Origin: Macrostomum lignano
Lineage: Eukaryota
Direction of reading: 5' to 3'
Length of the DNA: 64,000 bases
Assembly: GCA_002269645.1 (NCBI GenBank)
Contig: NIVC01000739.1
Span: 1-64,000 of the forward strand
Part shown: positions 11,762-24,449 of the stretch, one piece after another
Numbering within the stretch: the first letter of the stretch is position 1
How the letters are laid out: each line of letters opens with the position of its first letter
The notes under the pieces: generated by a model
What the model was told of the DNA's origin: nothing
Seen by the model: only the letters and a program-made list of their open reading frames with translations
Database searches by the model: none
Translations under genes and position numbers: made by a program

Positions 11762-12766
11762 TCACTGTCCGATGCCCCTCCAAAAAGCCGGGATCGTCAC
11801 GAGACAGACGATCACCAGAAAGGGTTGAATGATCCAACCGATACTCAATAGCCAATCCAGTAAGAAAATAAATATAAGTCCTATAGCTGCTGCACAAGCC
11901 AGGACAAAGATGAAGATAAGCCAACAAAGTTCTGATTTAAAAATATCTAGAATCCTCTCTCGAACGTTTTCCAGCTTCAGAGCGACAAAAACTGCAAATG
12001 GCACGGACAGCACCGCCATAAGCAAAAACCTCACAGCCGCGTAGAAATGGTCACTCAGTCGGCCAAAATCATTATTCGTCACTTCAAACGTCACCAGGTA
12101 CCTTGGAGTGGCCTGCTCGTGTCGGTAAACAACGCATGTGCCGAAGCCGGCAAGGCTGTTGTTTGCTAGCACCGAGTCGCAGCCCTCGTCTTGAATCTTC
12201 GAGAGGTTGAGCCCCGGATCGGGCTGGTCGCAGAGTTTCTCTTTGCCCAGGAGGACTTCGCCCAGCAGAAGTGTCTGGTCGCCACTCTGAGTGCTGTAGC
12301 TGGGTCGCTTGCTGTTGTTCTCAGTTAAGAAGTAAATTCCCCAACCGTAGGGACCTTCAGTTGCGGTGAAACCAGCTTCATTGAAGACTTTCTCTCTGTC
12401 ATTCAGGCTGGCATCGTGAATGAGCAACCGTGGCTCCGAGTCGACAAGCAGGAGTTCGCGAGCGGCGTGAAATCGGGCATCGAGCACTGGCTGCTCGATT
12501 CGCTCGATGCTTTTGATCAAAATGGATTTCAGTGGATTTAGAGGCCTCGCGTACAAGTACAGAGTGACCAGTTCGCTGACGGTTGCGTACTCTGTGGCGG
12601 TCTCCGGCTCGTCTTTTAATAGCGGCTTTCGATTGACGGCACTAAAATAAGGCTTTGAAGTCCGTGCTGTACATGTCGAACTTGTTGAACATGTTGAACG
12701 TGTTGTATCCGTTGTTTTCACCGACTTCGCCGTCAGAGATTTCCGCCATTTTTTGAGCTGTTTCAT
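11762..12766 (-). CDS. PARP/ART catalytic-domain-like protein with ~3 C-terminal transmembrane helices
   Basis: IKSIERIEQPVLDARF, EPRLLIHD, GPYGWGIYF, LLLGEVLLG, DSV and TCVVYRHEQATPRYLVTF follow the ARTD catalytic fold, with H and Y kept and the catalytic E replaced by T. Three hydrophobic stretches end the protein. First in-frame ATG is at 12766; the track start at 12808 is TTG. Confidence 0.8.
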   Translation of the reverse strand: MKQLKKWRKSLTAKSVKTTDTTRSTCSTSSTCTARTSKPYFSAVNRKPLLKDEPETATEYATVSELVTLYLYARPLNPLKSILIKSIERIEQPVLDARFHAARELLLVDSEPRLLIHDASLNDREKVFNEAGFTATEGPYGWGIYFLTENNSKRPSYSTQSGDQTLLLGEVLLGKEKLCDQPDPGLNLSKIQDEGCDSVLANNSLAGFGTCVVYRHEQATPRYLVTFEVTNNDFGRLSDHFYAAVRFLLMAVLSVPFAVFVALKLENVRERILDIFKSELCWLIFIFVLACAAAIGLIFIFLLDWLLSIGWIIQPFLVIVCLVTIPAFWRGIGQ

Positions 12767-13356
12767 TCTTGTAGGCTTAAAAAGTTTTCTGAAATTTGTG
12801 TCTTTCAAAGGCTTGCTGGTCTTTTTAGTGCATTAATGCGCTTTCTGAGGTGTAGCTCAGGTGTTGAGGTTGCTCGTTTCTTTGCGATGCGACTACTCAT
12901 ATTTTATAGAGTGATAGAGAGTACTCAGCTACAGTATCTGTCTTGCCGTTGCACAAATTTACTTTGCTGACCATTGGGCTGTGTGTCCAAACAGCTAAAT
13001 GTACAATATGAAAAATGGGCCGAAAATAAGAGCTGCGCTCGTGTGAAGTTAACTATATTTAGCAACATAGAAAATTGGTGAAGGTATCACGGTATCAAAA
13101 TATAGGGTCCACACGAATTTTCCAACGCTAATTGTCTTACTAGCTATGGCTAATCCAAAAAGTCTTAAAAATCCAGCAACCTTAGTCAAGAAGTGCAGTT
13201 TCAAGCACCGACCTACGGCGCTGTTCATTTGTTTCTTCGCATAAGAAGCTGATCCAGATTATGCCAAGTTTCAGATTTAGTGGGCAAGTTGTTTCCTGGT
13301 TTTGCTGGTTGACGCTATAGTTGCTAATTAACTACTAACTAGCTGGAATCCTTTTT

Positions 13357-13688
13357 GGGGTCCCGTAGCCCAGCGGTCTAGCGCGGCGCTCTGATGTACC
13401 AGCGGCCCAGGCTCGATTCCAAGTGCAGTCGCATTAATTCGGGGCTAAATTGGAATCTCGGCTTGGCTCTGCTCGTGCAATTAACGGCCTTGAGGGCCAA
13501 CCCCTTAAGACACAGTGAAGTGCACATGCTTGCCGATAAATAAAGTTAGGGCCGCTGTACACTCCTGTGTGAGTGTGTGCCTGTGCGTATGACTGCGTAC
13601 GTATCTGCGCGCTTGTGCGCCTGCTCAGGGGAGTCGGCGGAATGGGCGTAATGCCTCTCGCCGGTTATGTGACAATGTCGCTTAAAGT
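13357..13688 (+). mobile_element. tRNA-derived SINE family 1, copy A
   Basis: Pol III A box tagcccagcgg (13366-76) and B box ggctcgattcc (13410-20). The body is shared with the copies at 23395-23738 and 54085-54281. Confidence 0.8.
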
Positions 13689-13877
13689 GGTGCACACAGG
13701 GTGCACACACCAGGGTGCACATACCAGGGTGCACACACCAGGGTGCACACACCAGGGTGCACACACCAGGGTGCACACACCAGGGTGCACACACCAGGGT
13801 GCACACACCAGGGTGCACACACCAGGGTGCACACACCAGGGTGCACACACCAGGGTGCACACACCAGGGTGCACACA
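13689..13877. repeat. Minisatellite, 14-bp unit gggtgcacacacca
   Basis: About 13 near-perfect copies abutting the SINE 3' part. Confidence 0.95.
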
Positions 13878-15360
13878 ACCTCCTGCTCAAATCCCCAAAA
13901 TGTTTCATGAACTAAGAAAACAAAAGTCTGTGGCGACCAGAGACAGACTCCAATTCAGCATTTGTTGCGCGTATTGCTACATTTGATGGCCCACGGGAGC
14001 TGAAATCAAATAAACTTATTTGTACTGCTTTTCCTTACTCGCGAGTCGCTTTAAACCATTTTTTCGGTAACAATCAAAAAAACGAAACGTTCCAGCGTTC
14101 AAATGATTCAAGATTAAAACTAGTTTTAAAAGGTTCTCAAGACCTATTTTTTAAATAAAAATGTTTTATAATAAACATTATTATTATTATTGGTGCTGAT
14201 TTTTTATAGTATTTGAGACGACCTAATGAACGAAATAAAACAAAAAAACTAGAAAATAATTTTTTGACATTAATGCAGTTATAAAACCGCTATAGCATTA
14301 CTTATTACGTTAAACTTCGAAAACACCTCCCTTTTTTCAAGTAAAAAATGGTTAAAACTTGTCTTAAAAAAGCTATCACTATTCACAAGAAATAAAAGTC
14401 CCATCCCAGTGGTCCTTTAGAAAACAATGTTAACACCCTAGAAACAGTTGTCTCGGGGCAGACGGTTGCATTTTCGTCGCTTGCATTAGCTTTATCCAGC
14501 GGCAATGATAAACTGTGCACAGCTCCGTTATTTTGCTCCCAGATTGGCCGAAACTGACCAATTGCCTCAATGGCTAATCCTCTCTCCTTTGTCGGCGTCG
14601 TAGGATTCCCGCGGGTTTTCTTGTAAGTAAGAAAACTGCATTCGATTTATGACCGTCATCTCAGTGGTGGAAGCCAATTCAGCACTGATGTAGGGCCCAA
14701 AGACGCGATCGATGCCAAGCTCTACTCTTCATCATTGCAGTTCTACGACGACGTTTAGTGCGACGGGCACTTTGCTAAATCGGCCTGTGCGAGTGTTGAC
14801 GCGGCTCCGCAGAAGTTAAAGATTTCCGAAAAAGAAGCCGCCGACAAAGTCTCGCGCTTGGAGGAGCAATTAATAGTGGGGCATAAAATTTGTCTGGACG
14901 CGTTGCCAAATCAGATGCAGACTGGGAGACTGGGAGGCAGAGAGCAATCTTGTTCTAGACCATTTTGGCAAGTTTTCACTTCGGCCGTCTTGGACCCGCT
15001 GGAAGAAATGAAAGAGAAGAAAAGAAAAAAAATTAAGCGTCATAAAAACCGGCGGTTGACCAGTCGACGCGAGGGCGGGAAAGCGGGTTCGCAGGCCAAA
15101 TTTGGGCCGGCCGAAAGTCGTAAAACGCTGTTGCTAACAAGGGGTGGGCGGGGGTACTAAGATCCGGAGAAAGGAGTGGAGTGGAAGATTTTGTGTGAGC
15201 GAAGCCGGGCGGTGCAATGAGGATCCTCTCTCAATCTTCGAGTATAAATTGCGGCCCCACAGCAGTGCAGGATCTTTCGCCTCAACTGAAATTTGCTCGT
15301 CAGTCAACTTGTTTTCTTTCAACAACCGTCTCATACGATTAGCAAAGAGGTCTTTTGAGC

Positions 15361-18300
15361 ATGCCGCAGAGGATGTTGCAGTGGTTCCTAGTCACTCTGT
15401 TAGCAGCTCGGCCACTGGCGAACAGTCAATGTCGCAGGAGCAACAGCTGATGCGGATGTGCCAGGACTCAGCCGTTAAGAACGCCTGCCGCGGTCTCAAC
15501 CTGCGCCGCTTTCAAGGTCAGAGCTGCCACGACCAGCTGCTAAGCATCGTGTGCAACGTGCGCAGCCTCCGCTGCATCCTGCCTGCCAGCCTGGCGCCAA
15601 CAACTATGGAGGACCCGATCTGCAGTCAGAGCTGTCAGCGAGTCTTCCGCAGCTGCAGAATCAGCGAACTGACGTTCATCGCCTACGTGCCAGTCAATGA
15701 GAAGCTGTGCAACGAGCTGCCCACCCAGCTCTGCGCCGACTGGAGCCGCCCGGTTGGCCAGCGGGACGATCGGGCCATCGATGCGGCGGAACCGAAAGTT
15801 GATCAGGAGACGGCTGAAATTGGCAACGACACTGGTGAGCGCAAGGACGACTAAAGTAAAGTAACTAAAGTAATCCTTGGGTGAGCCCCGCTCGTCCTCG
15901 CATGTTTCCATGCGATTTTTTTGCCGTTTTCAGTCTGCTTTGTAGTGTGTCCTACAATGTCACTGTCCTGTTCTGTCTTCGAATTGCATGATTTAGTGTC
16001 TGTCTCATGGACATCATCAGGTCCGTAGTCATTATGGCTGTCGGTGCCTCCATTTCTCGACAGCGACTCTCCACTCCATTCCTGGTGTCGCCATAGACAC
16101 ATTCGGTCGAGAAAATCCGCGCTGGAAAAATCCCATTCCTCGAAACATTCCAGCTCATTTCTAAGAAAACCGAGTGTCCATGCTGTCTGTCTGTCTGTCT
16201 TTAACTAGCAGTCAAGTTCATCCCTTCGTCTGGTCGATTACCATAAGTTCAAGCGCCCCCGAAAGTGAAATAAATCATTGGTCAGCGTCAGACACAACAA
16301 AAAATTGAGCCATAAAAGTCCAACAGGTCAGGCGGGGGCACAAGTTACAAATAATTGGCAATCGGTTTTGCCATATTGCAACATCTCCTTTGCATATCCT
16401 AGCATGTATCCTTCGGCGGTACTAAAAAACCAAGTCATAAAAGATTCGCCCCCATCGGCCAATAAATGTCCATCAGATATTGGTCCTTTCCAATTTGGCA
16501 GGGCTTGCCAGCTTTTATAAGAAGTTTGCGGTCGTAAAAGTTTAGTCAGACTTTACAAAATTGGAAAGCCGATGAAACGTCGTGCACCTCAGCAGACAAT
16601 TAAAAGAGGTAGAAACCCAGCCAGACGGTCAACAAGGGGCAAATCGTCTGCGCAGATAAAAAAGGGCAAGCAAGCCCCTGACTTCTAGGAAAGTTTCAGG
16701 TCACGTGCTTTCTTCCTATATACGAGTAGTTGGTCTATTTTATTGCACCTTGCGGGCGGCCGTGAACTTCGCTAATTAGCTGAACTTACATGTAAAGCCG
16801 CAACTTAAAAACGTATCTTTGCAATTGAACTATTTTTATAGAAATCTGTCAGGCAAAAAGCTCAATCCAGTGCGACAAGGTGCAGTACATTGCCGACATT
16901 GCTAAGCGACCGAGGCGAGGTGCAGGAGCCCGGTCTAGGACTGTCAGGCGTCGGCATCCGTTCAAGAAAAGCGACTTTCGCGATGGAAACTTCACGTATG
17001 GTGAGTGTACTCAATGGTGAGGCGTCCGACCCTTGAGTCTCTTTCGACCCTTGAGTCTTCGTTGCATTGCCGTGGTTATTAAAATTCAGAAGATGGATTC
17101 TTCCTTTACAATTTTTGCGAATTTGTACATGGTATTAGCTGCAAGGGCTCCGGGCATCCGGGTGCAGAGGGGATTAAGCTAACGTCTGGCGACCACAGGC
17201 AGCTTTTTCTGCAGTGTCGCACAGAGAGATCCAGTGATGCCGCGGTGTCCACAGCGCAGCCCCCCTCGGGAGAGTCCAGGAGGTGGACGGTCGCTCGACC
17301 AATAGCCCTAAGGTAGCGGACAAGCTGGCAGAGACTCTTGGGCCTGAAAGCGTGGAAGATTGGGCCGAGATAGGTGAGCCTGTCCTGAGTAAAGGCGAGG
17401 AAGTAAAGGCTACTCGTTGGCATTCTCAACACCGAAAAGGCAGAAAGGGCATTCCTTACTGTGGGTTTTTCTTTGGAAGTAGAGATGCTAAGAAAAGGTT
17501 CTATGCTCGTATGCCCTGAGAAGGTCCTGGTTTAGATGTCCCAGCTGTTAAGACCTACGCAGGGCCACGCGAAGAGCGGGAGAGAGTCGGAACGGCAGCA
17601 CGGGATATCCAGCAGTCGTAAAAACCTACGAGCGTAATATTCTCAGGAGTTCCTTGCAGCAACGTCTTCGTCGAAAGCGTCCTACAACCAGCGCTGCGCC
17701 AATACTGTACACAAGCACACACTCATTTCACACACGCTCACACAGGGTGTGCAGCCACCCTGACTTTCTAATCTTCAGGTATGTACACTCTCTGTGCACT
17801 GCGGGTTGGCCTTCATCGGTTTCAAGGACAACCCCCGACCAATTTTCCGTGAATAAGCCCCAATAAAGATGATTGCCATCAGTTAGTTTAAAAATGTTCC
17901 GTCTTCTGAATTGCAGCTGCCGAGGTGAAGCTCGCCAGGGCTGGATGGCAGATGGCCGCACCCATTCGCCGACCTCGCAGCTTGGGCTGGCCGTACGCCG
18001 GCGGCTACGAGAAGCTTCTCCATCTGGAGATTAAAAAAGTTCTGTACACTGGCAGCCAGGCCATCGGCCACATCCTGGATCCTGGCTCCGTGCAAATAGT
18101 CGTCTTGAAGTCGGGCTGCGCCTGTGCGCCATTGAAACTGAACCAGCAGCTGATCTTTGTGGGCTACAATTCCTATCTGGAGAACGTGTGGAATCAGGTC
18201 GTCCTGCTGCCCTCCAACAGTCACTACAAGTGCAAGATCAAGCGAGTAAGTGCTTAAGACAATGATTTATGATTGTGATTATATGATAATAACAATGCTT

Positions 18301-18522
18301 TTCACGATCATCCACGCGCAGTGCTGGAGGCCCCGAGGCAGGCGCAACAGGCGCAGGCGAATCGGATGGCTGACAGACGCAGACAGAAGACAAGCTTGCC
18401 AATGCCCCTGCGGCCGGGGGGAGCGCCTGACCTGCTCTGACATCCAACGGGCCAACAGGAGAGCTCAGCGACGTCAGCAGGGCGGCAACTTTTGGCGACG
18501 CAGAGACCGCACAGCCGTCTGA
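15361..18522 (+). CDS. sFRP: Secreted frizzled-related protein-like gene (signal peptide, Fz-CRD, NTR-like domain, basic Cys-containing tail); one frameshift near 15420
   Basis: Exons 15361-15834, 16842-17000, 17917-18245 and 18322-18522 join with consistent GT-AG phases 1, 1, 0. The CRD has 10 Cys with Fz spacing C-x8-C-x6-C...C-x3-C-x6-C-x17-CxxLP. NTR-like features: EICQAKSSIQC, FTYAAEVK, GCACAPLKLNQQLIFVG. The signal MPQRMLQWFLVTLLAARPLA is 1 nt out of frame with the CRD. Confidence 0.7.
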
Positions 18523-19192
18523 AGAGGCGTTTGTGTCCAATTATTTTTTTTCTGTTAACATTAATCCTCTGTGACACGATCGCACAGCGTTTGCGTTGAA
18601 AAAGCTTGGTTGCATGATGAACGCAGAAAATTAAAACAAAAAATTTAATTGCTCTCCTGTTTTGAGTGCATTGTACATTATCGATATAATTTTCTATTTT
18701 CAATGGATTAAAGCCGTCGCTTAAGTATCGCTTGCGATTGTGACTGAATTTCCTTATTTAAAATAGCAATGAAGATTCACCGGAGCTACTTATAGTAAGT
18801 AAGTTGTAGTTTTGGCCAGTATTTCACACTTACTTCACACCAATGCAAGGTTAATTAGGGCGGACAGAACATAGGAAAGCAGCCAGGTGATTAAAAATTT
18901 GCGCATAGGGTACTCGTAGATGTACATTGGGGAGCAGTCGTGGAGTAATATTAGTTAAAAACAATTTGGCCAATCATAGTTCCTAGCGGAATTTATTGAT
19001 ATAGATAATATTAACTGCAGGGGCTGTGAGCACCCTGACGCTATACGCCTTTGGAGACATCGTCTCAAAACCCTTCGAGGCGGTGAAATGTGAGATCGTT
19101 TTGCCCATTCTACTGACTCCTGGGCACAAACAGGCTGTCATTTTAGCGCCGCAGGCACTCATGTTGGTGCTGCATGCAGACGCTGTTTTGTT

Positions 19193-20110
19193 GCAACAAC
19201 AACAACAAAATACGCTGTCATGATGGTAAAAGTCAGCGTCACAGGGCGCGCTTCATGGCTTGGGCGCGAACAAAGGCCGCGCCACCGGCAGTGTCCGGGG
19301 CGCCGGCGTCAGCCAGCAGACAGTCGACGTAACGCCGAGTTCGCGCTTGACCTCGCCGGTAGGGTGCCTGCAGCGTGAGCAGCAGCACCTCCTGCACCGG
19401 CTGTGGGCAGTACGACTCGGCGCGGATGAGATGGCCTGCGAGCTGGAGTCGCCGACGGCGCAGTAGATCACTTGGACGTGGCAGGCCAGCGCGGCGATAG
19501 AGTGCCGCGTTGGTGACTCGCTCGACGCCGATGTTGAAGGCGGCGCGCAGCAGACCAGCGTGCGCCGCATCGACTTGCTGTTCGAGTGAGTCCGTCAGCG
19601 TCCAGGTCTCGGCATTGTACAGCAGGACGGTCTCGATTACCGCCTGGAACAGCGCCGCCCTCTGGCGGTCCGGTAGGGCCTCGGACTGCAGGACTGCCCT
19701 CACAGAACGAAAGGCAGCCCAGGCAAACCGCGGCGGCGTCGCAGGTCCTCGCGAGCGTCTGGAACCAGACCGCCGAGGTAGACGAACTGCTGACATCGCG
19801 GGAGTTCGGTCGCCTGCCCGTCAGCGCCTCGGCAAAATATTGCAGCCTCGATGTCGTCCGGCACGCAGAGCACAACGGTCTTCTGCGTGTTGACCACCAG
19901 GCCGACACTCGCCGCAACGGCAACCAGCCTGTCCAGCTGCCGTTGGGCGCCCTCGACGGTCGAGGACAGCAGGGCGAGGTCGTCGGCGTAGCCAAGCACG
20001 CTGAGCCGCTTCTCCGGTTGACGTCGACCCACGCGTCGCTGCAGCAGAAAACCGTCGTCGTCGGTAGGAAGAGCAGTCCGCAGCACCCAGTCAAGCACCA
20101 GGACGAACTT
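19193..20110 (-). mobile_element. 5'-truncated RTE-like LINE (RT C-terminal half)
   Basis: FVLVLDWVLR, LGYADDLALL, FVYLGG and LLYNAETWTL...RRRRLQLAGH are present. One -1 frameshift at ~19722. (TTG)n tail at ~19193-19207. Confidence 0.9.
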
Positions 20111-21032
20111 TGTTGCCCTGAAGCATAATTATTTATTTCCATAACGGGTAAACAAGGTATAGGGAAACAAAGCATTGGCATGTCCCCCCATAGGTTTTAC
20201 TGGTGGACATGTCCCCCCTGTCCCCCCCCCCGGTGGCGACGCCTGAGTCTGGCCATAGACAAATTCAATTCGAGAAACCTTCGGTCTATAAAAAAACCTA
20301 AATAATAGTGTAAAACGGTGTCTTTGATAGTCTACATCAGCTACTACTATAAAGTCTACTAAAAAGGGGAATAATTTTACCATCCAGCCAATGGATATAT
20401 GATCAGCGGTGGTTCGGGCTACCGGCGCTCGGCTACCGGCGCTCGCCAGACAATTGTTGTCACGCACTGCGACCGCTGATTATTTGCATTGTTTTTCTGT
20501 TTGACGATCCTACAGACAATGCATTGTTTGTAGCAATGGATTGTTCTGCATTAAAAATGTGAATAATGATCGTCAAATTGCTAAACAATGCAAATTGTCT
20601 AATAGTCAACCTATAAGCGTCTTAGAAATTGAAGAAATCGATGCATTAGCCACCATTACGAGTGAAAAACTACAAAGCGACGCCAATTTCGTGGCAATGG
20701 ACACTATAGTTCCGCATTGTTTTACAGCTGCAATTGTCTTTCTTGATAGAATGGAAGAAAGCCGTCACAGAACCACGCCCAGGAAACTCAGCTTCCTATT
20801 CAGCTGAGTTGAAATAAAACAAAAAAAACGGACACTAGTTCGGAAGCGTGCTTCCGCGCAATTGTCCTGCCGAGCGGCTCTGTAGCTTAATGGTTGCTGT
20901 TGGCAAGAAAACTGCATAAATTAAGAAGCTAAAAGAAACTGTAATAGACCAGAAAAAATTGAAGAGATTCTAAATCACTTGATTGCAAATAAACTTGTTT
21001 TAATTCTGCAATTTCACAACGTTTTTACTGAG

Positions 21033-22184
21033 ATGTCAGGTTTTCTTCTATTGCTGTTCTGCCTGAGCTCCGCAACCGCAGCCCCGGTTGCCAGACTGCT
21101 GTCATTCACCAAATTTAATGGGTGCCCAACTCTGTCTGCCGCTCTGCTGTCGAACCGACTCACCAATGAGCTGCAGTGCGCCTCCTCCTGCTCCCGGCTG
21201 CCCACCTGCAACGCATTCCACTTCGACATCAGCACCGGCCAGTGTTACCATGGAGACGCGTGTTCCCAACTCGAGCAATGGACTGACGGCGACTGCGACT
21301 CTTACAAGTACACCGATATGCTGTGTGGAGACTGCGGTGAGCGGCTCATATATTAGTGACTCCTATTAACCAGGCTGTCTATCACTCAAATCTAAGAATT
21401 CAGATCATAATCGCATTTACAGATGTGCAAAAGCCAGAACTCACTGAGTTAGGAATGAAGCTGTTCTACAAGTTCTCAAGGAGCGGTCTGCAGAATGAGG
21501 CCAATCCGAGGCTGTTCTGTCTGACTGCTCACAATGTATCAGTCGATGCAGAAGGTGCTCACTTTGAGGGTTACCTTCACTCATACCTGAGTGCTGAGAC
21601 TCCCGGATTTGACAAGCTGTTGGCGTATGGATCAGAGTTTTCAGTCTTTGTCCAAGTGAGACACATCTTTGATGGAAGGTGAGGTCGGATTGTATAATTT
21701 TGCGTCTAATGAATTCAAAATTATATACTTGTAAAAGTAGTCCGTCTTTAACTGATTTCATTTCAGACGGAAATTCTATCTGCGATTTTTAAATTCATCC
21801 GGTGCGTATGGCAACTATTTATATTCTCTAGGCAACAGGATACGCAACATGAATGTCTTTAGAAGCGGTGACAGAAATTTTCGTATCGGTTCTGTATCAG
21901 CCCCCGCCTTGCCCATTGATGGTCTGCACCGAGTGAACTCAATTGGGATTTCATTCAACGGCAGCTATACTCAGCATTTTGTGAACGGATCCATCGTTGG
22001 TTCCTGGACTAGCGCAAAATTTCCAGCCCCTAATTATTTTTCGAGCTCGTTCGAGCGACTGCATCTGGGCCAGCGTCCCTCAGATTACTATAGCTGGAAC
22101 GGAAGCATGATCTGCTTCGGACTCGGCCAGAAAGTGCTCAGTCAGTACGAATTTCAGCAGCTTCAACAACTATGCGAAGACTAA
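21033..22184 (+). CDS. Secreted PAN/apple + LamG(ConA)-like protein, paralog 1
   Basis: Exons 21033-21336, 21423-21678 and 21767-22184 (phases 1, 2). Signal MSGFLLLLFCLSSATA; PAN pattern CASSCSRLPTCNAFHF...QC; C-terminal GISFNGS..FVNG..LHLG..WNGS.ICF...LS..EF pattern is LamG-like. Confidence 0.85.
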
Positions 22185-23394
22185 TGACACTGATGACTAA
22201 CGCTAATATATCGGCATAAAATGAAACTGGTTATGAGTCATGTGATTGGAATTTCAAAAAATAAGTTAGTTAAGCGTTTTGTTATTTTATCATTATTCTT
22301 ATTCTTTTGTTTAAACTAACGTGGGGATTTTACTGTGAATTAAAAACCTAGAGCTACTGAATCTATTTATTAGATTAAACTTAAGTGTTCTGGACCAATT
22401 GTACAATAGCAAGAGGACCTGACCCTATTACGAGTACTATTTGGTCTGGATGTGTTTAGGGTTTAGAATTAGCAAGTCGTGTGATTTGGTGGCTTGTTTG
22501 ATGGCAGTGTGAATGGCTCATCCATTACTGTGAGTGAGCACCCCGACCCCAGAAAGCACAGGCTTGTTGAAAGTGCCGACGTGCGGACCCAAGAGGCCGA
22601 GGAAAGAGTTCACGGCAAGTAGCTAGGCTTACTAAAAATACCTGCTCTGCCTTCGTTTTAACAAATTTTTCACACGTTATTTTGTTAAATATTATTTTTA
22701 TTATACTAATATTGAATAACAACAAATATTGTTCAATATCTGCTTTGTTACAAATTGTTTTTTTTATTTAAAAAATATTGATTAGTTAGAAATTTTGGGT
22801 GATATTATCATAAGCATAAATCATAAAGAGTACTTTTTATAAGAAACGCGTCTATTTCTTAAACGACTTGCAATCACTTAAATGTATCAGCTAGTATGCA
22901 GCTACCAGCCATGCAGTTACCATATCAATTAAAAGAGCTGACTAACCAACTGTATTTCATCAGGGGTTATAGGCTTAGACTTAGACAAAAATTTATCCAC
23001 CTTGAGAAAACAGAACTCTTGCCCATATTTTAATTGACAGAAAATTCAAACATTTTCTCATTATTTAAATGAAAATATATGATTTTACATGCGAACTGAT
23101 AACCCTGTCAACGGGAAGGGTGCGGCCTACAAGGTTGTCAGTCATTTATGAAATCCGATTTTCAAAGGCTGATTAAAATCAGTGGTAGCTGGTGGCTCCA
23201 TTTCACTAATGCAATTCGACTCAAAATTTTGATTCACTTTGATAAATAAGTATTGTAAAGATGAGTTTATTCGTTTACAGACTGGAGTACTTGCAAAAAG
23301 CCTTACCAACCTTACTTACCCTACCAACAGCCAACAAAAAACCCTTACAGACAACTTTTTTATCAAACTATTCTTGTTTACAGATAAGACATTT

Positions 23395-23738
23395 TTTATT
23401 AGAGGCAGGGGCCTGTGTGCTCCTCTGCGTATAGCGACATTGTCGCACAACCGGCGAGAGGCATTACTGTCCATTCCGCCGACTCCCCTGAGCAGGCACA
23501 CAAGCGCGCGGATACGTACGCAGTCACACGCACAGGCACCACTCACACAGGAGTGTACAGCGGCCCTAACTTTATTTATCGTTGCATGTACACTTCACTG
23601 CGCCTTAGAGGGTTGGCTCTCAAGGCCATTAACTGCACGAGCAGAGCCAAGCCGAGATTCCAATTCAGCCCCAAATTAATGTGACTGCACTTGGAATCGA
23701 GCCTGGGTCGCTGGCACACCAGAGCGCCGCTCTAGACC
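23395..23738 (-). mobile_element. tRNA-derived SINE family 1, copy B (has the 3' end with an A-rich tail)
   Basis: Reverse complement aligns with 13375-13688 and continues as tatacgcagaggagcacacaggcccctgcctctaataaaaaa. Confidence 0.85.
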
Positions 23739-24380
23739 AAATAAATAACTATTAATTAAGGACTACTCTAAGATCAATAAGTACATCAAAATGACCCAGT
23801 GAGTAACAATCATAAAAATTATGAGTTTATGCTTCAGGTGCTGTTTGGTAGGTGGCGCTCGTTGCGTTAAACCCTTGCCAGCCGAACCGATGCTGTAGTC
23901 TCTAGATTCTTAAACTGAAGTCTAAAGACAGTAAGTCTACAAGCTCCTAGTTTCAACATATCCCACTGTAATTTGCACTGCAGAAACATCAGCTAAACAA
24001 TAGCTTACAATGTACCTCAATGCAGAAAACTTGCAATGTAAAACACTTTGGCAAATGCAAAACAACCTGTCAATCATACCAGAGGCTTTAGGCATGGCTC
24101 AGAGACCCAGGCATTGTTGAAAACATCGAGCCTGACAAAAGCTTTTTCCAAGCTAACAGTTAAACCAGCAATGCGAGGCATTGAAACGCAAGAATGAGTT
24201 GAACGCAGTGGAAAACAAAACCCTGAAAAAAATAAACGCTGCCCGCCCCGGAAAAAACGGTTTGGTTTCACACAACCGTAGCTAGCATTGAATCCGGACC
24301 GACTGCAATACATTCAACAACATAGAGTATCTCTATTGGCACCACTGAAGCGCATAGGTAATCCAACTTGACACAAAGGC

Positions 24381-24386
24381 TATAAA
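24381..24386 (+). promoter_or_regulatory. TATA box of PAN-LamG paralog 2
   Basis: TATAAA about 65 bp upstream of the ATG at 24450. Confidence 0.45.
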
Positions 24387-24449
24387 GATGTGTTGCATAG
24401 CCAGCGAAGAGTCGGGGATATTGACATAATCTACTACTACCGGTAAATC

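Noticed and set aside
13357-13430. tRNA gene (also 31760-31830 and 34050-34110)
   Set aside because: A and B boxes are present but the anticodon and acceptor stems pair poorly, and the heads at 13357 and 31830 continue into a SINE-like body.
15851-16158. Minus-strand ORFs inside sFRP intron 1
   Set aside because: No recognisable motif, and overlapping frames give no consistent exon.
17106-17640. GC-richer, coding-like stretch in sFRP intron 2 (ORF 17283-17519)
   Set aside because: No recognisable domain, and it is not needed for phase-consistent splicing. It may be a TE remnant but I cannot support that.
19253-20181. Several overlapping 100-240 aa ORFs on both strands
   Set aside because: They are alternative or antisense frames of the GC-rich LINE RT fragment.
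20200-20270. G/C-tract MITE-like ends (caggcgtcgccaccggggg on the minus strand; cagtggcgtacgcagg at ~37908)
   Set aside because: I could not find the matching opposite terminus within the window.
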